Below, piece by piece: positions 41,629 to 50,621 of a stretch of DNA of 64,000 bases. The stretch covers positions 577,016 through 641,015 of the forward strand of contig CAZFRF010000001.1 of the NCBI GenBank assembly GCA_964521295.1, read 5' to 3'. A model generated the notes under the pieces. The model was not told the DNA's origin and made no database searches. It was given only the letters and a program-made list of their open reading frames with translations. The stretch comes from an uncultured Gammaproteobacteria bacterium (lineage in GTDB: Bacteria > Patescibacteriota > Microgenomatia > Levybacterales > UBA12049). The translations under genes and the position numbers were made by a program. Numbering within the stretch: the first letter of the stretch is position 1; each line of letters starts with the position of its first letter.

Positions 41629-42360
41629 TTACCATCCCTGTGCAATTTCTTCAATTAGGTTTCCAAAATATCTAACTGTTGGAACAATTGCGGTGTAATT
41701 AAGTCTGGATGGACCTAAGACCCCAATTTGTCCTACTAAATTTCCTGGCGTATGATAGCTTTTGTATACAAATCCATACGGACCATTTAATCTTGGGCCT
41801 AATTCTTCTCCTAATAAAATATGTATATCTTCATCATCTTGCATGCCTGTAAAAAGAGTTCTAAAAAATTCTACTTCATCTACTGCTGTAAGTAGATTTT
41901 TAGTCATTTCGATTTCATAAAACTCTGGCATATCTAGTATATTGGCATATCCTGCACAAAATACATCGCCATCGTTAGTTGTCGTAACTGCTAAAGCTTT
42001 GGTCCTATCTGCCAAGGCCTTAGTAAGCTCCTTCAAAAAATCTCTTTCTCTTTCTCTTAAATCCCAAACTTTTTCCTTAAGCGAAACTTCTTCAGCGACT
42101 GACAATTCTTTTTCCTTCATCAGTTGTCTGACGTAAAATTTCATTCCTTCAGGCGTTGGAACTCTTCCTGCCGAGACATGTAGTTTTTTAAGGTACCCAA
42201 GCTCTGTTAGCCTAACCATTTCATTTCGAATAGTAGCAGGGCTTGCAGACAAATTATGCTTTTTTTCCAAAGTTTCAGAACCAACAGCTTCTGCTGTTTG
42301 GATATATTCTTCGATCAAACTTTTTAAAATATCGACTTGCCTTGCTGTTAAGTCGTGCAT
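41629..42360 (-). CDS. hrcA: heat-inducible transcription repressor HrcA (short form)
   Basis: YIQTAEAVGS, SPATIRNEM, SAGRVPT, GVLGPSRLNY. Confidence 0.95.
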   Translation of the reverse strand: MHDLTARQVDILKSLIEEYIQTAEAVGSETLEKKHNLSASPATIRNEMVRLTELGYLKKLHVSAGRVPTPEGMKFYVRQLMKEKELSVAEEVSLKEKVWDLRERERDFLKELTKALADRTKALAVTTTNDGDVFCAGYANILDMPEFYEIEMTKNLLTAVDEVEFFRTLFTGMQDDEDIHILLGEELGPRLNGPYGFVYKSYHTPGNLVGQIGVLGPSRLNYTAIVPTVRYFGNLIEEIAQGW

Positions 42361-42382
42361 AATTTCAATCCCAAAATTAGGA

Positions 42383-42409
42383 TTAGCAGTAATATATCAC
42401 GACTGCCAA
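42383..42409. promoter_or_regulatory. CIRCE-like operator (variant) overlapping the hrcA promoter
   Basis: TTAGCAGTA-N9-GACTGCCAA versus canonical TTAGCACTC-N9-GAGTGCTAA; promoter TTGACA (42420-42415)-18-TATATT (42396-42391) on the minus strand. Confidence 0.85.
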
Positions 42410-42430
42410 AATGTTGTCAAGGGGGTATTT

Positions 42431-43867
42431 TTACTTCAAATTTAAGATCATTTCGCTCTCATTTACTTTAATTTCCTTAAATAACTTTACGTCAAAATCT
42501 CTATAAAAAGCCTCAAGATGGGCTTTTGTTCCAACAAACCAATTATATTTTTTGTTTAAAATTCCTTTTTGCAAATCTTCTTTATTTATCCAGTACGTTC
42601 TAGTATTTGTATTTGGGAAATATGATAAGGTTTTTCTATCTGAATAGTAAAGCGTCGTTGAAACTAACGGATCAAGTCTAATTATTGTTTCATTGGGCTT
42701 TGTTAAACTTTTTATTTTCTGGGCAGATTTGACTTGCGACACTACTGATGAGGAGTCTAAAATTGGCATGATATTAATAGTTAATGTTCTAAACCATAAA
42801 TATGAACTAACAGAAGTTAATCCTAAAATTAAAACAAAATATAAAATCCTAATTTTTTTAAAATAATTTAAAAGAGAATATACTCCAAATCCAATTAGAA
42901 TTGACCAAAATGGCATCGCTGGAACAAGGTACCAATTGTTATCTTTTACAGTAAGGCTTAATTGCAAAAGTAAAAGCAATGCGTAAGACAAAAGTAGGAA
43001 AAAGACTTTGTTTCTTAATTTTATAAAAGCAAAAAAAATTCCTACTAAAAATAACCAAAAAAACCTACGCTGAAGTGAATAATATACATGCCAAATATAG
43101 TTAGGGTTAAACTTTGAAAGACTAGCTACCCCTTGATCAGATTGAAATAAGTAATAATTAACATAACTACTTCCTGCTTCTAAAAAGCCCAAAAATAACC
43201 AGGCTGCAATAATTCCTACAAAACAAAAAATAAATAATAAATATTGTTTAAAATTTTGCTTGATATTTTTATATTCAAAAATTATTTCTGAAAATATAAA
43301 AATACTTAAAGGAAATAAAACCAAAGATGCTTTAGCTAAATACAAAAAGGCAAATAAGATTCCTAATATTGGATATTTATATTTAAATTTAGTTATTTGA
43401 ATCAAAAAACTAACAAAAATTAAAAATGTAGCCAGTAAATCAAGATTTCCACTTCTTGCTCTCCAAATAAAAATATTGTTCAAAACTAAAGTAAAAAAAG
43501 TAAATATTGCAGGAATTAATGAATATCTTCTATAAACATATAGAGTTGATCCTAAAATAATTATTAAGGCTAATAAAGCAGATGGAAAACGAATAATAAA
43601 TTCTGATAAGCCTGTAAACATTGAGAGAAAAGCAACAATCCACATAAACATTGGTGGCTTATCAAACCAAACCTCATAATTCCAATGTAAAACAATAGGA
43701 TTTTTTAGGATTAGCATTTCTTTTATGGTTTGTCCATAAAAAGCCTCATCCCAGTTTTCCAAATAAGATTTGCCTAGATTAATAAAAAGCAGATAACCTG
43801 CTAACAGAATAAAAAAACTAAAAATTAAAGGAAAAATAAATTTTTGATATTTATTAAAAAACTGCAT
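42431..43867 (-). CDS. ArnT/PMT-family (GT-C) glycosyltransferase
   Basis: WDEAFY, WFDKPPMFMW, RFPSAL, many TM helices. Confidence 0.9.
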   Translation of the reverse strand: MQFFNKYQKFIFPLIFSFFILLAGYLLFINLGKSYLENWDEAFYGQTIKEMLILKNPIVLHWNYEVWFDKPPMFMWIVAFLSMFTGLSEFIIRFPSALLALIIILGSTLYVYRRYSLIPAIFTFFTLVLNNIFIWRARSGNLDLLATFLIFVSFLIQITKFKYKYPILGILFAFLYLAKASLVLFPLSIFIFSEIIFEYKNIKQNFKQYLLFIFCFVGIIAAWLFLGFLEAGSSYVNYYLFQSDQGVASLSKFNPNYIWHVYYSLQRRFFWLFLVGIFFAFIKLRNKVFFLLLSYALLLLLQLSLTVKDNNWYLVPAMPFWSILIGFGVYSLLNYFKKIRILYFVLILGLTSVSSYLWFRTLTINIMPILDSSSVVSQVKSAQKIKSLTKPNETIIRLDPLVSTTLYYSDRKTLSYFPNTNTRTYWINKEDLQKGILNKKYNWFVGTKAHLEAFYRDFDVKLFKEIKVNESEMILNLK

Positions 43868-43938
43868 TTATTACGAGTATCTAAATTATAATCTGTTTAT
43901 CCTCTTAAAATGAAGTAGAAAAATGATAAACTAAAAAT

Positions 43939-44274
43939 ATGCGCACCAGAAAAAAATTAATCTACCTTCCAGTCATTTCTCTTGCATCAAGCCTAACTCT
44001 TTTATATATAGTATTTAGCTTTCCTCCTAATTTTTCCTTAAACTTGTCGGGCATTTTATTACCTATTATTCCAATTGTATTTTTATTATTTTTTGTTTTT
44101 ATTTGGTCTTTAGTTGAGTTTATTTTTGCCGATAGAATTCAAGGATTTTTATTTGCAATTTTCCCCACAATTTATTTAGTTTTAAGATTTTTTAAATTAA
44201 ATCAACTTCTTTTTTTGATTTTACTTTTAATTTTATTTTTAGGACTTGAGCTATTTTTTTATAGAAAACATTAA
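43939..44274 (+). CDS. small 4-TM membrane protein
   Basis: 111 aa hydrophobic ORF; TAAACT 6 nt before the ATG. Confidence 0.75.
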   Translation: MRTRKKLIYLPVISLASSLTLLYIVFSFPPNFSLNLSGILLPIIPIVFLLFFVFIWSLVEFIFADRIQGFLFAIFPTIYLVLRFFKLNQLLFLILLLILFLGLELFFYRKH

Positions 44275-44312
44275 ATGTTGTTTAGCCATAATTTCTCTGA
44301 TACAATTTCCGC

Positions 44313-45767
44313 ATGAATAAGTTTTATCTAACGACAGCCATTCCTTATGTAAATGCTAAACCGCATGTTGGCCATGCACTTGAATTTGTGCAAGCAGACG
44401 CGATAAAAAGATTTAGACAAAGCTTAGGCGAAGAAGTTTTACTGTTGTCAGGTGCGGATGAAAATGCATTAAAAAATGTTCAAGCAGCAGAAGCAGCTAA
44501 TACTTCTGTTCAAGATTTTATCGATACTCATTCCCAAGAATTTGAAGAACTTGCTAGGCAATTAAATATTAACTTTGATGTTTTTCAAAGAGGCAGCGCT
44601 AAAGAACACCATCTAGCCTCGCAAAAACTATGGGAACTTTGCAATCAAAATGGAGATATCTACAAAAAAACCTATACTGGTCTTTATTGTGTTGGCTGTG
44701 AACTATTTTATGAAAAGGCAGAATTAAATGAAAATGGAGAATGTTTTGAACATCCAGGAAAACCACTAGAAGAAGTCTCTGAAGAAAATTATTTTTTTAA
44801 ACTTTCTAAATATCAACAGCAAATTGAAGACCTAATCTCTTCTAATAAATTAAAAATCTTCCCTGAATTTAGAAAAAATGAAGTATTAAGCTTTCTTAAG
44901 GAAGGCCTTAAAGATATTAGCATCTCAAGAAGCAATGAAAGAGCAAGAAATTGGGGAGTTACAGTACCAAATGATGAAAATCAAAAAATGTATGTTTGGT
45001 TTGACGCATTAAACATTTATGCCTCAGGGGTAGGATTTGAATCAAATCCAGAAATGTATTCTAAATGGTGGCCTGCAGACCTACACATTATTGGCAAAGG
45101 AATTATCAGATTTCATGCAATATATTGGATTGCTTTTTTGCTTTCAGCCAAACTACAACTGCCAAAGGCTTTATTTGTACATGGATACTTCACAGTCGAA
45201 GGACAAAAAATGTCAAAAACACTCGGCAACGTCGTTGATCCGATTGAAATAATTAATAAATATGGGGAAGACGTACTAAGATATTATTTCTTATCTGAAA
45301 TGTCACCTTTTTCTGATGGAGATTTCTCAATTAAAAGACTTGAGGAAGTCTACAATTCAGATCTTGCAAATGGCATTGGAAATCTAGTCGCAAGAGTTGC
45401 AAAACTTTGCGAAACAGCAGGATTTAAAAGCTTAGCAAATCCAAAAAGCATTCATTTAATTGATATCTCTGATGAGTATAAGAACTTATTAGAGGAATAT
45501 AAGCTAAATGAAGCCATAGCGCTAATAAAAACTAAGATAAGCAAATTAGACAAATATATTAACGAGTCCAAACCCTGGGAACTCTTAAAAATTTCCGAAA
45601 ATCATAAAGGCAGAGAGTTAAATTTAATTTTAGCTCATGCTGTAGATCAGATTATTGAAATTGCAATTTTACTCGAACCGTTTACCCCTAAAACATCTGA
45701 AAAAATTAAAACCCAATTCCAACAAGAAGAAATCAAATCAGATAAACCCCTATTTCCTAGAATATAG
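44313..45767 (+). CDS. metG: methionine--tRNA ligase (short monomeric type)
   Basis: HVGH, YVWFDAL, KMSKT; no C-terminal tRNA-binding domain. Confidence 0.97.
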   Translation: MNKFYLTTAIPYVNAKPHVGHALEFVQADAIKRFRQSLGEEVLLLSGADENALKNVQAAEAANTSVQDFIDTHSQEFEELARQLNINFDVFQRGSAKEHHLASQKLWELCNQNGDIYKKTYTGLYCVGCELFYEKAELNENGECFEHPGKPLEEVSEENYFFKLSKYQQQIEDLISSNKLKIFPEFRKNEVLSFLKEGLKDISISRSNERARNWGVTVPNDENQKMYVWFDALNIYASGVGFESNPEMYSKWWPADLHIIGKGIIRFHAIYWIAFLLSAKLQLPKALFVHGYFTVEGQKMSKTLGNVVDPIEIINKYGEDVLRYYFLSEMSPFSDGDFSIKRLEEVYNSDLANGIGNLVARVAKLCETAGFKSLANPKSIHLIDISDEYKNLLEEYKLNEAIALIKTKISKLDKYINESKPWELLKISENHKGRELNLILAHAVDQIIEIAILLEPFTPKTSEKIKTQFQQEEIKSDKPLFPRI

Positions 45768-45768
45768 A

Positions 45769-45972
45769 TTAAAGTCCCGCGGCGTATGTAGTCAATAAGC
45801 TTGCGATTGTTGGCTGAAGCATGAAACCTAAGATAAAACCAATTGCTAAATCAATAACTGTTAAAATAGCTACTTGCTGAACTGAATAATTTCCATGTAA
45901 TTTAAAACTAGAATACTTTGAAGACCTAGTAGATTTCGTCTTAGCTGCTCTTTTAACTGTCTTTTTTGCCAT
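45769..45972 (-). CDS. small protein with basic N-terminus and one TM helix
   Basis: 67 aa; TTGACA at 46008-46003 upstream. Confidence 0.65.
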   Translation of the reverse strand: MAKKTVKRAAKTKSTRSSKYSSFKLHGNYSVQQVAILTVIDLAIGFILGFMLQPTIASLLTTYAAGL

Positions 45973-46028
45973 GATTTATTATTGCACTTTAAAAGACCCT
46001 GTTGTCAATAGCTTATAGCAATTATCAA

Positions 46029-46057
46029 TTGACTACAAACCTAATTAGAGCTATACT
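46029..46057 (+). promoter_or_regulatory. sigma70 promoter, back-to-back with a divergent promoter
   Basis: TTGACT-17-TATACT. Confidence 0.7.
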
Positions 46058-46066
46058 TCTCATGTA

Positions 46067-46720
46067 ATGACTAGAAAAAATCAAATTATTGCTACTATTG
46101 CTGTCATAGTAATTATCGTTTTAGGCATTGGCGGATATATGCTTTATGGACAAAATTCAAGACAAACAAATAACTCCAATACTCAAACTGTTGCCTCAAC
46201 CAAATCACCATCCTTAGAAGCTTCTATTACAGATTTATTTACTAGCGGACAATCCAAAACCTGCACATTCGATACTAAAACTGACAAAGGCGAAACAATG
46301 GGAACTGTATATGTAACTAAAGACATGGCGAAAGCAGATTTTTCTATGACAGATAATGGGAAGAGTACTAAAACTCATTTAATTAGAAATGGTGACACTT
46401 TCTATATCTGGGGAGATTCTTTTCCTACTGGAATAAAAATGACCATGGACATAAATGACATGGCTTCCAATATGGAATCAACCAACTACGCAGCTTTTAA
46501 TCCAAATGAAAAAGTTAGCTATTCTTGCAAAGATTGGACCGCAGATAATTCACTATTTGCTCCACCAACAAACTTAAAGTTTACCGATATGTCATCGTTA
46601 ATGCCAAAAACAACTGGATCAACAATACCAACTGGTTCTGAAATGCAAACAAATCCTTGTGCATCTATCACAAATCCAGCAGCTAAATCAGCCTGCGAAT
46701 CTGCTCTCAATAACCGCTAA
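46067..46720 (+). CDS. membrane-anchored/secreted hypothetical protein
   Basis: N-terminal TM, beta-rich body, four Cys. Confidence 0.85.
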   Translation: MTRKNQIIATIAVIVIIVLGIGGYMLYGQNSRQTNNSNTQTVASTKSPSLEASITDLFTSGQSKTCTFDTKTDKGETMGTVYVTKDMAKADFSMTDNGKSTKTHLIRNGDTFYIWGDSFPTGIKMTMDINDMASNMESTNYAAFNPNEKVSYSCKDWTADNSLFAPPTNLKFTDMSSLMPKTTGSTIPTGSEMQTNPCASITNPAAKSACESALNNR

Positions 46721-46730
46721 TAATTTTACT

Positions 46731-47360
46731 ATGCACGAATATTCAAAAGGTGTCTTTGATACCTATGCATCGCGAAGAAAAAAAGTTAGACTGGCACTAG
46801 AGCGCTTATACAACGCTTTTGATAAAACCATTGACCCAGGAGATCCTAAACCGCAATTCTATGCTGGAATTGAATTCCCAACTCAAATTAGCAATGCGCT
46901 AGCGGAACAGGGAAGAAACCCTCTAGATATAACAGAAGAAGCGATTCATTTAGGATTAATGATTTTAAGACACAATGTGCACCAACGCTTGCCAGACTCT
47001 TCGATTTCTCTCATAAAAATTGAACAGATTAATCCTGCCAGTCCGCAAGATTTAAATAGGCCTAAAAGGGAAGACGTTCAATTTGATTCAAGAACCGAAA
47101 AAAGACTTAGACATTTTCTACCAGAACATCGATTTCAAGATTGGTTCCTTAGGTCCTTAGCAATCAGAATGAGAATTGACGACATGAATTTACTACATTT
47201 AGGAGAATATAGTCATGAACCACTTGATGCTGGAAAATTAAAAAGATTAATTGCAGACAGAACTCTTACTCCAGTTTTCCTAAGACCATCACCACTTCCT
47301 CAGTCAGAACATATTCAAAGCGATATACCTAGAGGTATGCGAAGAATTTTCCCCAGTTGA
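46731..47360 (+). CDS. hypothetical protein
   Basis: Long ORF; ATG 46731 chosen to avoid overlapping the upstream gene. Confidence 0.6.
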   Translation: MHEYSKGVFDTYASRRKKVRLALERLYNAFDKTIDPGDPKPQFYAGIEFPTQISNALAEQGRNPLDITEEAIHLGLMILRHNVHQRLPDSSISLIKIEQINPASPQDLNRPKREDVQFDSRTEKRLRHFLPEHRFQDWFLRSLAIRMRIDDMNLLHLGEYSHEPLDAGKLKRLIADRTLTPVFLRPSPLPQSEHIQSDIPRGMRRIFPS

Positions 47361-47385
47361 CAATGTTTTTTATTATTGTTAAATT
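47357..47385 (+). promoter_or_regulatory. metK promoter
   Basis: TTGACA (47357-47362), 17 nt spacer, TGt-TAAATT (47380-47385); start site predicted just before the aptamer. Confidence 0.75.
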
Positions 47386-47392
47386 AATTAAG

Positions 47393-47477
47393 TCATTAAG
47401 AGAGTCGTAAAAACGACCGACAACCGAGCCCTTTATGGTCGCGGTGCCAAATAAATGAGATCTAAGATAACTTAGAT
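47393..47477 (+). ncRNA. SAM-I superfamily riboswitch, compact variant (P4-less / SAM-I/IV-like)
   Basis: P1 UCAUU/AAUGA, J1/2 AAGAG, P2 GUCGU-AAAA-ACGAC, P3 GACAACC...GGUGCC, then hairpin AUCUAAG-AUAA-CUUAGAU; directly upstream of metK. Confidence 0.85.
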
Positions 47478-47487
47478 AAAAATTTAC

Positions 47488-47511
47488 CCTCTCTTGATGA
47501 GAGGTTTTTTT
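47488..47511 (+). terminator. riboswitch terminator / SD-sequestering hairpin
   Basis: CCTCTC-TTGAT-GAGAGG followed by T7, immediately before ATG 47512. Confidence 0.85.
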
Positions 47512-48606
47512 ATGGATTTTATCTTTACATCAGAATCAGTTTGCAGTGGACACCCAGATAAAATCTGTGATTATATTAGCGATTCCATTTTAGATGAGGT
47601 ATTAAAACAAGATCAATTTGGAAGGGTTGCAATTGAGACTCTAGTTACCAAAAACAAACTAATTATCGCAGGAGAAGTTACTGCTAATGCACAAATAGAT
47701 TTTGAAAAGATTGCTAGAAAAAGAATTAAAGATCTTGGCTATACAGATCCAAAACTAAACTTTGACTACAACTGCGACATTAGCACCTTCATTCAAAAAC
47801 AATCAAACGAAATTGCTAAAGGTGTAAATAAAAAAGGCGCAGGCGATCAAGGAATGATGTTCGGTTTTGCATGTAGAGACACAAAAGAATTAATGCCCTT
47901 ACCAATTACTCTTGCTCATAAACTTGCTCAAAGACTAGATACCGCACGCGAAAAGAAGTTATTAAATTACTTAAGACCAGATGGTAAAACTCAAGTTACT
48001 GTTGAATATAAAGACAATATTCCAGTTAAAATATTACAAGTTGTTGTTGCTGCTCCTCACGCAGAAAACGTTAAATTAGATAGAGTTAAAAATGATATTT
48101 ACAAACACATTGTAAAAGATGTTTTAGCGGAATATGGATTTACTATTGATCATAAAAATTTAATCGTAAACGGCACTGGCGTCTGGCACATGCCTGGGCC
48201 AGCAACTGATACAGGCGTTACTGGCAGAAAAATTATTGTCGACACATATGGTGGATTTGCCAGAGTTGGGGGGGGAGCGTTTAGTGGAAAGGATCCAACA
48301 AAAGTTGATCGTAGCGGAGCTTATGCTGCAAGATTCTTAGCTAAAAATATTGTGCGACATAAACTTGCCGATAAAGCAGAAGTAAGGATTGCATACTTTA
48401 TTGGTGCAAAAAAACCAGTTATGCTAGAAGCGGAAACTTTTGGCACAGAAAAAGTATCTCAAAAAACAATCCACGACTTCATGAACTCTACTCTTGATAC
48501 TTCTGTTGAAGGAATAATTGAGGCGTTAGATTTAAGAAAACCTATCTATTTGAAAACCTCTACGTATGGCCACTTTGGCCGCAGCATTTTTCCTTGGGAA
48601 AAATAA
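47512..48606 (+). CDS. metK: S-adenosylmethionine synthetase
   Basis: FTSESVCSGHPDK, GAGDQG, GGGAFSGKDPTKVDRS, YGHFGR; SD GAGG 7 nt before the ATG. Confidence 0.98.
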   Translation: MDFIFTSESVCSGHPDKICDYISDSILDEVLKQDQFGRVAIETLVTKNKLIIAGEVTANAQIDFEKIARKRIKDLGYTDPKLNFDYNCDISTFIQKQSNEIAKGVNKKGAGDQGMMFGFACRDTKELMPLPITLAHKLAQRLDTAREKKLLNYLRPDGKTQVTVEYKDNIPVKILQVVVAAPHAENVKLDRVKNDIYKHIVKDVLAEYGFTIDHKNLIVNGTGVWHMPGPATDTGVTGRKIIVDTYGGFARVGGGAFSGKDPTKVDRSGAYAARFLAKNIVRHKLADKAEVRIAYFIGAKKPVMLEAETFGTEKVSQKTIHDFMNSTLDTSVEGIIEALDLRKPIYLKTSTYGHFGRSIFPWEK

Positions 48607-48648
48607 TTATCTTTATAGCTAGATAATGCTATAATTTGAAATATTAAT

Positions 48649-50568
48649 ATGGTACAGTTCTTGATTTTATTCCCTTTATTAATTTTCTTATCCTTCTTTG
48701 TTTTATATATCCCAGGATCTCTATTGATTAATTCATTTATAAAATCGAGAATTGGACTTATTTTTTCTTTCATTACTGGACTTGCAATGTGGGGAATGCA
48801 AGCTTGGTTTTTTAGACTATTCAATCTAGAAATTTTGTCTTATTTTTATATTTTTATAACTTGCATTCTTTGGTTCAAAATTTATGGTAATAACATTAAA
48901 AAAATTAATATTAAAACTATAATTGAATTAATCAGGAATGAAAAATTTGTAATAGCAACTCTTATTTTAGGCATAATCATTCAGCTACCAGCAGCGTGGT
49001 TTTTTGGAATCACTACATCAAATGGGATGTCTCTTACTAGCAACATGTCTTCAGATCTTCAATGGCAAGCATCCCTAATTTATCAACTCACACAATCAAT
49101 TCCCCCAAATGAACCAGGCATGTTTAATGTTCCAGTAAATAACTATCATTATTTTGGAAATCTTATTATCGCAGAATTTATAAAAATATTTAGTCTTCCC
49201 TTAATAACTGTTACTTTTCAATATTTCTCAATTATTCTATCTCTATTCCTAGGATTATCAGCAATAGGTTTTTCAAGAGTATACAGACTCGGTAGATCAA
49301 TCGAGCTACTATTGCTATTACTGCTTTACTTCGGAGGAGATCTTCTTCCATATTTTATGCTGCTTTTGGGTCATGGACTAAACTTTGAAATGAGCGCATT
49401 AGAATCAGGCGCTGATTTATTAACAAACTATCCTCGTGCATTTTCAGTAATTTTTGTCTTCGCTATCTTAGCCTTATTCAAAATGTGGCATGAAAAAAGA
49501 AATATCATAGTAGACATAACCATTGCGATATTAATTGCGGCAGCTATTTCTAGTAAAATTAATACTGGAATATTTATCCTTCCAGGGCTAACAATAATTA
49601 CCTTATATTTTTTAATTAATAAAAAAATTTCTCATTCAATACCGTTATTTTTGTCAATAATAATTACTTCCTTAATCTATATACCTATTAATAAGAATGC
49701 AGGAGGATTAATTTTTACTGGATTTTGGAGATCACAAGATTTTATCGTGCAACCAAGCCTAGGACTTTCTAACCTAGAACTTGCAAGACAAGTATATGCA
49801 AAAAACAACAATATTCTTAAAGATTTAATTTATAATTTCTTATTTACCTTTTTATATATTATTACAATTTTTGGTTCTAAAATTATTAGCTTTTTTCAAA
49901 CCAAAGACACATTTAAATTGTTGCCAATTTATTTGCACATATTTTTAATTATGGGGATATTAATGTGCTTTTCCTTAGGAATGTTTTTTATTCAAACTTC
50001 TGGCGGCGCTAATTCTTTTAATTTTATTTCTACTGTTTTTATATTATCTTCTATTTATGCAGCAATCGGAGCACATAGTATAATTACATTTCCAAAGCAA
50101 AAATTTATAAGAATTCTAATCTTAACTATCTTCCTAATTCTAACTGGAACCAGATCAATATATGTAGCTACAAAATTAATAAATATTCACTTATCCCATT
50201 CATATTTCATGCCAGTAAATGAATTGAAAGTATATACATATATCAAAAACAATATTCCTTCTGGAGAAGTTTTTTTAACTGGAGATTATCCACTCAGCTT
50301 TTTAGGGAATAAAAATATTTATTTCCCTCAGGGATTCAGCAAAGGCGTATTAAGTAGTCATGGAATAAACACAAAAGAGAGAGAAGACATGTTAATTAAA
50401 ATACTTACGGAAAAAAATCCATCCCTACAGCTACAAATGATAAGAAAATTAAAAATAAATTATGCTTACATACCACAAGGCAATGAATCATCAATTGGAA
50501 TTTCTAGTCAAAATTATTCAATACTTTATAACGAAGAGGGGCAAAGAGTTATAAAGTTTAAAAACTAA
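48649..50568 (+). CDS. polytopic membrane protein, putative GT-C glycosyltransferase
   Basis: More than 12 TM helices; loop DLQWQASLI...PPNEPG...YHYFGNL; soluble C-terminal domain. Confidence 0.7.
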   Translation: MVQFLILFPLLIFLSFFVLYIPGSLLINSFIKSRIGLIFSFITGLAMWGMQAWFFRLFNLEILSYFYIFITCILWFKIYGNNIKKINIKTIIELIRNEKFVIATLILGIIIQLPAAWFFGITTSNGMSLTSNMSSDLQWQASLIYQLTQSIPPNEPGMFNVPVNNYHYFGNLIIAEFIKIFSLPLITVTFQYFSIILSLFLGLSAIGFSRVYRLGRSIELLLLLLLYFGGDLLPYFMLLLGHGLNFEMSALESGADLLTNYPRAFSVIFVFAILALFKMWHEKRNIIVDITIAILIAAAISSKINTGIFILPGLTIITLYFLINKKISHSIPLFLSIIITSLIYIPINKNAGGLIFTGFWRSQDFIVQPSLGLSNLELARQVYAKNNNILKDLIYNFLFTFLYIITIFGSKIISFFQTKDTFKLLPIYLHIFLIMGILMCFSLGMFFIQTSGGANSFNFISTVFILSSIYAAIGAHSIITFPKQKFIRILILTIFLILTGTRSIYVATKLINIHLSHSYFMPVNELKVYTYIKNNIPSGEVFLTGDYPLSFLGNKNIYFPQGFSKGVLSSHGINTKEREDMLIKILTEKNPSLQLQMIRKLKINYAYIPQGNESSIGISSQNYSILYNEEGQRVIKFKN

Positions 50569-50621
50569 TCAAAATCTACCAAAGGGATACAATTTTTTAT
50601 TTTTTACTAAAATACTAAAAC

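Noticed and set aside
46062-46069. Start-stop mini-ORF ATGTAATG overlapping the 46067 start
   Set aside because: The first ATG is only 4 nt after the -10 box, probably upstream of the transcription start; likely chance.
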